The position numbers and the translations under genes are program-made. A DNA stretch of 64,000 nt from Planctomycetota bacterium. GTDB lineage: Bacteria > Planctomycetota > PLA2 > JAEUHO01. The stretch covers positions 1 to 64,000 of the forward strand of contig CBDCTJ010000005.1 in NCBI GenBank assembly GCA_965222115.1, read 5' to 3'. Positions 30,173 through 37,628 of this stretch are shown in pieces (position 1 is the stretch's first letter; every line of letters starts with the position of its first letter). The notes under the pieces were generated by a model, which did no database searches, had not been told where the DNA came from, and worked only from the letters and a program-made list of their open reading frames with translations.

Positions 30173-30325
30173 CTAACCCCAGTCGTCCTGATCCCAGATC
30201 AGTTGGTCCCAGTTGGCGCCGTTGCCGCCGCCCCCACCACCGTTTCCGCCGCCGCCACCACCGCCACTGCACCCGGCACATGCAATGGCGAAGACAGCAA
30301 GCAAAGCTGCTAAGAACCGCTTCAT
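30173..30325 (-). CDS. 50-aa Gly-rich lipopeptide with C-terminal WDQLIWDQDDWG (cassette copy A)
   Basis: CAGGAG SD; MKRFLAALLAVFAIACAG|CSGGGGGGGNGGGGGGNGANWDQLIWDQDDWG; conserved in the second copy. Confidence 0.85.
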   Translation of the reverse strand: MKRFLAALLAVFAIACAGCSGGGGGGGNGGGGGGNGANWDQLIWDQDDWG

Positions 30326-30433
30326 GGAAGGTCTCCTGTTTGTGGATTCATTGGGGGACGCCCCCTGGCTGCGGAAGTTGCCACCAAAATTCAAAATTCT
30401 GTGCGAGAGCCCAGTTTTCTAACTTCTTGGCCC

Positions 30434-30473
30434 AAAAATGAAGTCGGCACGCCCCATGGTGGAGGCGTGCCGA
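30434..30473 (-). terminator. Intrinsic terminator closing cassette copy B
   Basis: Perfect 10-bp stem TCGGCACGCC/GGCGTGCCGA (30444-30473), followed on the minus strand by CTTCATTTTT. Confidence 0.7.
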
Positions 30474-30505
30474 AAGCGCGATTCAGCGTCGCTTCGACGA
30501 ATGAG

Positions 30506-31135
30506 CTACGGTCGCAACCAGTGACCCGAGAAGCTCGTGAACTTTCGGTCACCGTTGGATCCGAACAATTCTACCGATGAGCCTTCGACTACCGGGCGCA
30601 CCTCATCGCCGGCGGCGAGCCGCACGATGACGGTGATGGAGCACGAGGTGTCCCCATCTTCGAGCTCCCAAACGGATCCAATGGAGTCGATGGTGTTCTT
30701 CTTAAGCGTTATCACACCGTTCTCCATCATATTCGTGTGAAACGAGAACTTGTAGATCCCGCTACGAGGTGCCTTGTAGCGACCCAACGTAGGACTGTAC
30801 CCCGCACCGGCAACAGTTATTCCGCCAGTCGGAAATTCGTCCAGTTCCTCGTTGTCGCAGACAACTACATCGCCCACCGCGAACACGGTGGGAGTGACCG
30901 ACATGGTTGCATGAAACGCAGGCGCACTCATGAGTCCTCTCAGATCACTATCGTTGCCATTGATAGCCGCTGCATGCGCAGCGAAGTTGGCGTTGACCTC
31001 AGAGGCCACCGCCATAGTTCCGCCCACAAACGTGTTGGGCGTCGTTACGCTACTCGCGTACGTTAAACCAATGCCCACGAGGGCGAGGGGGACTACCATC
31101 ATGCCGAGAATAAATTTCTTGTTGGGTTTCATCAT
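30506..31135 (-). CDS. Secreted C1q-domain protein (cassette copy B)
   Basis: CAGGAG SD; signal peptide; PNTFVGGTMAVASEVNANF; PAFHA, YSPTLGRYKAPRSGIYKFSF, VIVRLAAGDEV and TSFSGHWLRP. Confidence 0.85.
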   Translation of the reverse strand: MMKPNKKFILGMMVVPLALVGIGLTYASSVTTPNTFVGGTMAVASEVNANFAAHAAAINGNDSDLRGLMSAPAFHATMSVTPTVFAVGDVVVCDNEELDEFPTGGITVAGAGYSPTLGRYKAPRSGIYKFSFHTNMMENGVITLKKNTIDSIGSVWELEDGDTSCSITVIVRLAAGDEVRPVVEGSSVELFGSNGDRKFTSFSGHWLRP

Positions 31136-31208
31136 TAGCTCCTGAATTCGAGAATTCTTAGTACATGGTTGATTTGGAAACGGGAATGTGGATTTCGAAT
31201 GACTCGGA

Positions 31209-31361
31209 CTAACCCCAGTCGTCCTGGTCCCAGACTAGCTGGTCCCAGTTGGCGCCGTTTCCGCCGCCACCACCACCGTTTCCGCTGCCGCCACCACCGC
31301 CACTGCACCCGGCACATGCAAAGGCGAAGACAGCAAGCAAAGCTGCTAAGAACTGTTTCAT
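31209..31361 (-). CDS. 50-aa Gly-rich lipopeptide with C-terminal WDQLVWDQDDWG (cassette copy B; absent from the ORF track)
   Basis: Translated by hand as MKQFLAALLAVFAFACAG|CSGGGGGSGNGGGGGGNGANWDQLVWDQDDWG; AAAGGAG SD. Confidence 0.85.
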   Translation of the reverse strand: MKQFLAALLAVFAFACAGCSGGGGGSGNGGGGGGNGANWDQLVWDQDDWG

Positions 31362-31438
31362 GGATGTCTCCTTTTTGGGGATTCACACGGAGACGGCTGC
31401 CAAGGCGAGAAGTTGTCGATTTGATTCAGAATTCGATG

Positions 31439-31460
31439 TGAGCCCAGTTGCATGGGCTCA
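31439..31460. promoter_or_regulatory. Palindromic putative operator upstream of cassette B
   Basis: TGAGCCCA-GTTGCA-TGGGCTCA, a perfect 8-bp inverted repeat. Confidence 0.35.
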
Positions 31461-31525
31461 AATTGGCGATCCTCATGTGTTCAGTACTCGCCTTGGAGCC
31501 ATGAATCACGTGCTAGAATCGTTAA

Positions 31526-31909
31526 TTGATGAGCGACAGAGAGCCAAACAATCCGCGTAGGCCGAGGATCAACATGATTGCTCCCTCACGCAGTAAGAGG
31601 GATCCGGGTTTGCTCATTCGTCGCCACGATGTCGAGTTCCAAATCCGTGATCGATTTCAGACAATCATGATGGGTTTGTATGCCGCACCATTCGTTGCGC
31701 TCGCGATAACTCTCGATAGGCGATTCGCAAACGTTCTGCTACTTATTGGCATGTTCACGTGGGCGCACATAGGGGAGCGCAGGAGACTCGAAGAGCTGCG
31801 ACAGACCGATGCGCGTTTAGCAAGGCTCCAAGCATCAAAGACGCGACGACAACAGCGTAAACTACGGGCGAAATACATGGGAACCTGCACTCGTTCGGAT
31901 TCGTCATAG
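31526..31909 (+). CDS. Small two-TM hypothetical protein
   Basis: Two hydrophobic segments followed by a basic coiled tail; the start could be 31529 or 31574. Confidence 0.45.
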   Translation: MMSDREPNNPRRPRINMIAPSRSKRDPGLLIRRHDVEFQIRDRFQTIMMGLYAAPFVALAITLDRRFANVLLLIGMFTWAHIGERRRLEELRQTDARLARLQASKTRRQQRKLRAKYMGTCTRSDSS

Positions 31910-32309
31910 CACCATTCGCGCCCCATCAGGGGACCGACCCGTCACCCTGTTCAGGATCTATCCATGCGCCTCGTCCGAACCAGTCTCAATTTGCCGTCCA
32001 ATGCGCCACGAGCGCATTCACGTGGCGGTAGTTCAGAAGGCGGTATGGTTCGCGCGCAAGATGACCTGTATGCCGGAGCGGCAAGCTAGCGCACCCTGCG
32101 CCTCACGCACGCGTAACCGCTGAACGGGAATCCACGCCCGGATTCCTCACACGTCGTCGCTCGATCGCCGTAGCGCGCCGCGACTGACGTCTCTCCATCG
32201 CACGCCCTTCGCTGTCTGGCCGTGCATCCACTTGAAGCCATGAACGCCATGGTCGTAGGAGCGGTACATCCATCCGCGACCGTCAACAGAGATCAAAGGG
32301 ATTTCTGCG

Positions 32310-33794
32310 ATGACCAGAGTCAAGACCAGGAACGCGAGAAACAAGAAAACACGAGTTCGCAAGAAGAAGACCAAGAAGCTCGACGCTCGACTTCGATTTC
32401 ATCTCTATCAGATGGGGATGCAGTCCGTCGGCGCGTATCTAGGGTGGTGCCGCCTGCATGGATTCAAGATCGGTTTCGCCAAGAGCGATCGCGATCTTGA
32501 GCGAGAACTCGATGCGCATCGACGCCAGACGGCAATGAACGCCATGCGAGAAGCGCGGCGACGCCGGGATCCGATCGATGTGATCTTGCGCGTGATTCGT
32601 GGCGAGTATCGCGCCGCAACCATTGCCAACCGCAATCTACAGTACGTGGCCGCTCAGTTTGAATTTGCCGGCGTCACGAGCAAGCACCGAAAGGAGATTG
32701 CGTCGCTGGTAGAGGTGGTTGGCCGACGTTCACGCATCTTGCTCGAATCGATGCGCAGCGACGTTGAGACGTTTCATTACGTGAATGGTGTCGTGAAACT
32801 GTTGGAAGCGCGCCCCCACTGGGTACGCCCGGTGGAGACGTTTCGCCCGCGATCGCGCAATCGCCAGCGACAGTTTGCGCAGCTTGCGCGTCACCTACTT
32901 GCGCACTACCACGTACCCGCCTTCTTGGATATGGCATGGCTGCGTCAGGATGACACCGGCCACCGAGGACGCGAGTGGTTCCGCCACGTGGGGCAAGGAC
33001 ACAATATTCGAACGGCGCGCGTGCCCATCGACATGACGAAGCGGCTCGCCCACGTTTGGATGCAGGTCCCCCACAATGTTTCGATCGAAGACACGTTTCG
33101 TTTTGCGCAGGTGCGCGAACTGGGAGGCAAGAATCGTCTCGCGCGAGCCGTCGTCGCATCGAACATGTGCGACTGCCGAGAGCATCAACTGTTCTGGTTG
33201 TCGGTGATTCGCTTCTTTGTGCGAAACGACGAACTTCCACTCGATGAGGTACCTCGTATCGCGACGTACCTCGAGGCGATGAAATTTGAGACGGTGGACT
33301 GGGTTCACCCTGACGGTCGCATCGAAGTGTGCCCGCCTCCGAAGCCGCAGTTGTCTATGCGTGGTCGTAAACTGGAAACCCTGTTGCGCGATGTCGATCG
33401 CTGGCACCGCACGCCCCTCAAGGACGGGGGAGATCGTCAGTGGCCGGCCTGCGGCATCGCTGGGCATGAAGAGATTCAGGTCCTCGATGCGCATCCAGCG
33501 ACGTGGCGCATTCAAGAGTTGCGTAGCCGTTGGTCCTTGGTCAAAGAAGGTCAAGCCATGCGCCATTGCGTGGCGTCGTATGACGATGGTTGCGAGCGCG
33601 GCCGCTACTCGATCTGGTCGGTGACTCGTGAACGGCGCGGCAAAACGAAGCGTATGCAGACGGTTCAAGTGAACAAGGCGCGGCGCATTGTGGAGTGTCG
33701 TGGTCGTTTGAACGCGGATCCGAACGAGACGGTCAAGGCCGTCATCGGTCGCTGGGCAGCCCGCGAAGGGCTTGAGCTTGGCGTGCTGTCCTGA
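32310..33794 (+). CDS. PcfJ domain-containing protein
   Basis: LARHLLAHY.VP.FLD..W; FW.SVIRFF; SM.GR...L.R....WH; C-terminal EL.....L..EG.AM.HCV.SY...C......IWS...T..V....I....GR.N. Confidence 0.85.
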   Translation: MTRVKTRNARNKKTRVRKKKTKKLDARLRFHLYQMGMQSVGAYLGWCRLHGFKIGFAKSDRDLERELDAHRRQTAMNAMREARRRRDPIDVILRVIRGEYRAATIANRNLQYVAAQFEFAGVTSKHRKEIASLVEVVGRRSRILLESMRSDVETFHYVNGVVKLLEARPHWVRPVETFRPRSRNRQRQFAQLARHLLAHYHVPAFLDMAWLRQDDTGHRGREWFRHVGQGHNIRTARVPIDMTKRLAHVWMQVPHNVSIEDTFRFAQVRELGGKNRLARAVVASNMCDCREHQLFWLSVIRFFVRNDELPLDEVPRIATYLEAMKFETVDWVHPDGRIEVCPPPKPQLSMRGRKLETLLRDVDRWHRTPLKDGGDRQWPACGIAGHEEIQVLDAHPATWRIQELRSRWSLVKEGQAMRHCVASYDDGCERGRYSIWSVTRERRGKTKRMQTVQVNKARRIVECRGRLNADPNETVKAVIGRWAAREGLELGVLS

Positions 33795-33831
33795 CAGAGT
33801 GTGTGGCTTGCACTGAAACGTTGGAGCACGC

Positions 33832-34707
33832 ATGAGCGACGCCCTGCCGAATATTACCTCCCTGTGGAACTTTCAAGATCCGGCAGCGTCCGAGCGCAGC
33901 TTTCGTGAGCTGCTCACCAAAGCACGTGACGCGGATGATACCGACTATACCGTGCAAGTATTGACGCAGCTTGCCCGCAGCCGCGGCTTGCAGCGCGAGT
34001 TTGACGACGCACACAAGATTCTTGACGAAGCGGCGTCGGCCCTCGACGACACCTGTCGCGTGGGCCGACTGCGCCTTTCGCTCGAACGCGGTCGCACGTT
34101 TAACTCCTCGGGCAAGAAGAAGGAAGCCTTCACGCAATTTCTGCGCGCCTTCGTTCAAGGCCATCGCATGGGGGAAGAAAATCTCACAGTCGATGCCGTG
34201 CACATGCTCGCCATTGTGGCGGAGGGCGATGAGTCGGTGCTGTGGAACGAACTCGCCATCGATCTCGCCGAACGCGCGAACGATTCGAACGCCAAGCGCT
34301 GGTTGGGCGCGCTTTACAACAACATTGGATGGTCCTACCACGATCGCGATGACTTTGAAGACGCTCTCGACGCGTGGACAAAAGCCGAGGCGTGGCACAT
34401 GGAACACGGAAAGATCCACACGCAACGCATCGCCAAATGGGCGGTGGGTCGCGGCCTGCGCTCCTTAGGTCGTCATGATGAAGCGCTCGCCAAGCAACGT
34501 GCATTGCTCGAAGAATACGAATCCACTGGAGATGAAGAAGCGGGCTTCACGCGCGAAGAAATCGCCGAAAACCTGCTTGCGCTGGGTAAGGGCGAAGAAG
34601 CCAAGCCGTTTTTTACTGGTGCCTACGAGCGACTGAAGGACAACAAGTGGGTGGCTAACGATGAACCCGAGCGTCTGGAACGGTTGCGCAAGCTCGGGGG
34701 TCGCTAG
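33832..34707 (+). CDS. Tetratricopeptide repeat protein
   Basis: LWNF.DP..SE..F; TQLARS.GLQ..FD.AH..LD; LERGR..NSSG; DA.HMLAI; NNIGW; AKW.VGR.LRSLGR. Confidence 0.85.
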   Translation: MSDALPNITSLWNFQDPAASERSFRELLTKARDADDTDYTVQVLTQLARSRGLQREFDDAHKILDEAASALDDTCRVGRLRLSLERGRTFNSSGKKKEAFTQFLRAFVQGHRMGEENLTVDAVHMLAIVAEGDESVLWNELAIDLAERANDSNAKRWLGALYNNIGWSYHDRDDFEDALDAWTKAEAWHMEHGKIHTQRIAKWAVGRGLRSLGRHDEALAKQRALLEEYESTGDEEAGFTREEIAENLLALGKGEEAKPFFTGAYERLKDNKWVANDEPERLERLRKLGGR

Positions 34708-34771
34708 TACGCCCTAAAAGAGGAAAACTAGAAGGGGTGTTACCTTTCTCGTGCTCGCGCGACGTAGGGGT

Positions 34772-35782
34772 ATGAGAACCCAAGCCCCCCCACGTGTGCG
34801 AGGACGAGCTCTCTGCTTAGTTCTACTCCTCGCCTTTGTTCCGTCTCCTCCCGATTCCTCCTGGGCCTGCCCTGGCAATCCCCCACCCGGCATCCCCATT
34901 ACCGATCAAGGTGCGGGCGCACTCGGCGTATGCCTGTGCAAACTCATTGATTGTGCTGAAGGTATCCTTCCCGCAGATATGGTCCAAGCGGCGAAAGACG
35001 CCAAAGCCGCAGGCTGCGTCCGTATAGGCGACACGGCAGACATCGCCGAGGCGATCCGCCTCGATCGCGTTCAAGAGTGCATTAACGACCAAATAAAGAA
35101 ATCGATGGACACAACGGCCTATCTAGCGCTCGTCGCGAAGTGCGAGAAAGAGACCAAGGCGCCCAACGCGACCGGCACTGTTGCAGTCGCCGCGCATACG
35201 AGCCTCTGCATCATGTTCAACAAGGACAAGATCAAGCATCCCGATCCCACAAAGCCCCCGGGAACCAAGAAGGGAATTGTCTTCGAAGAGATTATCCACA
35301 TCGCCAATGACCACGTCCCGCAGCACATCATCCCCTCGCCGCAAGGTAGTAGTGCAGATGTTTATAACGTGCGGGCAATGCGAGAACATTACAAGGAAAT
35401 CCGCGCCGCGAGCAGACTGATCGCCGTGTGGAAGAAATACTTCCCCAAGCAAATCGTTCATCTACAGACATTGTTTGCTAACTTAGACCACCATGTGGAC
35501 TATTTTTGCAAGGTATTCGACGCCTTGAACTGGAGCAATGGCAGCGGCGTCTCGTCGTCGGACAGCGCGCTCCTAGCCGACATGAATCGCTACCTGGCCT
35601 GCAAGCACAGCGCATGGTGCGAGCTGCTCGACGCCATTGATCAAGGGGACTATCACGCAAAGTCCCCAAATGGTAGAATGCCGCATCAAACCGGCTACAA
35701 TCCCGAACCGCGCTCTGGCGACGCAATTGACAAGGCACTGTGGGTCAAGAAGATGGAGGGACTAGGCTATGATGTTCAATAA
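34772..35782 (+). CDS. Secreted Cys-rich hypothetical protein with a zincin-like EExxH...E motif
   Basis: Signal peptide ending SWA|C; several Cys residues; IVFEEIIHIAND and a downstream KEIRA. Confidence 0.55.
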   Translation: MRTQAPPRVRGRALCLVLLLAFVPSPPDSSWACPGNPPPGIPITDQGAGALGVCLCKLIDCAEGILPADMVQAAKDAKAAGCVRIGDTADIAEAIRLDRVQECINDQIKKSMDTTAYLALVAKCEKETKAPNATGTVAVAAHTSLCIMFNKDKIKHPDPTKPPGTKKGIVFEEIIHIANDHVPQHIIPSPQGSSADVYNVRAMREHYKEIRAASRLIAVWKKYFPKQIVHLQTLFANLDHHVDYFCKVFDALNWSNGSGVSSSDSALLADMNRYLACKHSAWCELLDAIDQGDYHAKSPNGRMPHQTGYNPEPRSGDAIDKALWVKKMEGLGYDVQ

Positions 35783-35807
35783 TGTTACGAGCAAAAACAC
35801 CGAACCC

Positions 35808-37124
35808 ATGAAACGATGCAATCGAAACGGCATACACACGATGATCGCCGTTGCCGCCACAATCCTCCTTGCGGCGTGTGGGCGAACAGAAGCAAGCGAG
35901 AAGCAACAAACGTTGAATAATTCAAGCCCTGTGGTGAATACCATCGTGCCCAATACCTCATCAGACGTCAGTTTCGGCGATGGATTTTGCCACGCGAAGG
36001 CAGGTCGAAAACACGTCGCCATCGATTCTCACAAATTGAAGTACGGCATTGGCTCGTTTTTTCCGGGTGGCACGGTCATGGGCGTTGGGATCGCGCGGAA
36101 AGATGGGAAGGAGTACCTACTCGTTGCCACACGTGCCAACGCAACGAGCGGGTGCACCATTAGGTGCTATTACGACAAGAACGGCGACGACGTGCCGGAC
36201 GCCTCCACGGGGCGCACGCTCGTTTCGACTGGAAGTCAACCCTGCTACATCACGTCTATGGATGTAAACGACGACTTCTCGAAGTTGTTCATGCTTGATC
36301 GACGTTGTCAAGACGTGTTGTACGCCACGGATACGGATGGAAACGGCTGGCCGGACACCATGGCGACATCGCCGTGCGCACGCTCCGCCGACTTCCCTAA
36401 CTTAAAGCGCGCTGGCTTCATTCGCGCCTCCGGAACCAAGGATGTTGATCTTGAGTGCCTGCCCGTGTCCGATCACGCCCGCAACCGCCTCCGTCGTGTT
36501 GACCCCCTTTGTCGAATCGAACTTCGAGGCGGCGTGGCCACGGATGTGACGCCACCCCGACGCCCTTACTGGTCCGTGAGCATCAATTGGCCGGTGATTG
36601 AAGGCGACACCGAGGTCTTTGTGAGTGGCGGCTGCGCGGAAGAAGGCACAGAGGTCGAAATTTGGACGTTGGACGGCGGGGGGAACCTCCTCACGCGACT
36701 TGGCACGGCCCCTATGCCCACCGACGGGTCGAAGGTTGTCGTCCCCCTCCGTGCAGCGCTCACGCGAGGTACACGGCTCCGCGCCAAGTACAAGCAACGG
36801 CGCCGACCCATCGGTGAGATGATCGTGAAGGCAGATGTACCGCATGTGATGCGGTTTAAGCCCAGTCGCATAAAGAGAACGACGTCTGAAACCACCGTGC
36901 AGGTGTTCGGAAGGGCGTTTACACCTTCGACGCAGATCCAAATGCGAAAGTCGGGCAAAAATAAGCCCTGGACAAACGTGCCGTCGGCCTACCTATCCGA
37001 TGGTGAGATGTCATTTACGTTACCGCCTATGGCCGACGAAGCCTGGGTGTTTATCCGTGCCATCAAACCCGGTCAAGACGTTGTAGCCGACAAGCCCACA
37101 TCCCAGTGGCTCCATTTTCGCTAG
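35808..37124 (+). CDS. Lipoprotein with DxxGD motifs and an IPT/TIG-like C-terminus (paralog of 25478..26803)
   Basis: Lipobox LAA|C; DKNGDDVPDAST, YITS, LDRRCQDV, DTDGNGWPD, RSADF; P.V....PS...GRAF. Confidence 0.75.
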   Translation: MKRCNRNGIHTMIAVAATILLAACGRTEASEKQQTLNNSSPVVNTIVPNTSSDVSFGDGFCHAKAGRKHVAIDSHKLKYGIGSFFPGGTVMGVGIARKDGKEYLLVATRANATSGCTIRCYYDKNGDDVPDASTGRTLVSTGSQPCYITSMDVNDDFSKLFMLDRRCQDVLYATDTDGNGWPDTMATSPCARSADFPNLKRAGFIRASGTKDVDLECLPVSDHARNRLRRVDPLCRIELRGGVATDVTPPRRPYWSVSINWPVIEGDTEVFVSGGCAEEGTEVEIWTLDGGGNLLTRLGTAPMPTDGSKVVVPLRAALTRGTRLRAKYKQRRRPIGEMIVKADVPHVMRFKPSRIKRTTSETTVQVFGRAFTPSTQIQMRKSGKNKPWTNVPSAYLSDGEMSFTLPPMADEAWVFIRAIKPGQDVVADKPTSQWLHFR

Positions 37125-37433
37125 CACCGACGTCTTCAGTTGCGCAAGTCGCTCGTTCGCCATGTGAAGGCACGCGGCCCAGAGGCGATCTTCGCCATCA
37201 ACGGCCTCTGCTAACTTCTTCTTCAAGAGCCTGATACCAGCACGGAGTTCGTCCATCTCACGCATGCGCTCAAACTGCGAATCGCTTTGTTCGCAAGACT
37301 TGCACGCCGCCGCTTGCACGTTCAGGGTCATGGCTCGCTTGCTCTCGACACAGATCGCAGCATCAATCGATTGATCACAGGCGGAAAGTAAGAGGCAGGC
37401 GGCGGCGAACGCCAGTGGAAGTGTGTGTTTCAT
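37020..37433 (-). CDS. Small lipoprotein, hypothetical
   Basis: MKHTLPLAFAAACLLLSA|CDQ lipobox with a GGAG SD; the 3' end overlaps the convergent gene. Confidence 0.5.
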   Translation of the reverse strand: MKHTLPLAFAAACLLLSACDQSIDAAICVESKRAMTLNVQAAACKSCEQSDSQFERMREMDELRAGIRLLKKKLAEAVDGEDRLWAACLHMANERLAQLKTSVLAKMEPLGCGLVGYNVLTGFDGTDKHPGFVGHRR

Positions 37434-37628
37434 CAGAAGCTCCATTTCCCCGGATCGAGCGGGCCCGCTGTGGGCTCGCCTCGGTCCAGGAGATAAGGAG
37501 TCAGGTCCCCCCGTAGAATTTCATATTGGCATTTGAGGTCCATTTTCTGGGATATTGGAGGTGGGTCGCATCTACGCGATGCGCCCCCTCGGGGCAGCTC
37601 AGGTGCCTCACTGCGGAGCACAGGCCTC

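Larger units (their letters stand above)
29481..31460 (-). repeat. Tandem duplication (period about 1036 bp) of the lipopeptide + C1q cassette
   Basis: The peptide genes end at 30173 and 31209. The spacer, C1q 5' ends and upstream motifs (GAAGTTG...AATTC...GAGCCCAGTT) recur in both copies. Confidence 0.9.

Noticed and set aside
30096-30281. N-terminal extension of the 266-aa ORF 29481..30281, and the poly-Pro ORFs at 30213..30422 and 31249..31560
   Set aside because: These are alternative-frame or antisense shadows of the Gly-rich peptide genes. The SD and the paralog support a start at 30095.
29481-31135. Diversity-generating retroelement acting on the C1q heads
   Set aside because: There is no reverse transcriptase in the window, and the differences include indels and are not adenine-specific.
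30173-31361. Trp-rich 50-aa peptides as RiPP precursors
   Set aside because: They have a canonical lipoprotein signal peptide, and no radical SAM, P450, YcaO, peptidase or transporter gene lies nearby.
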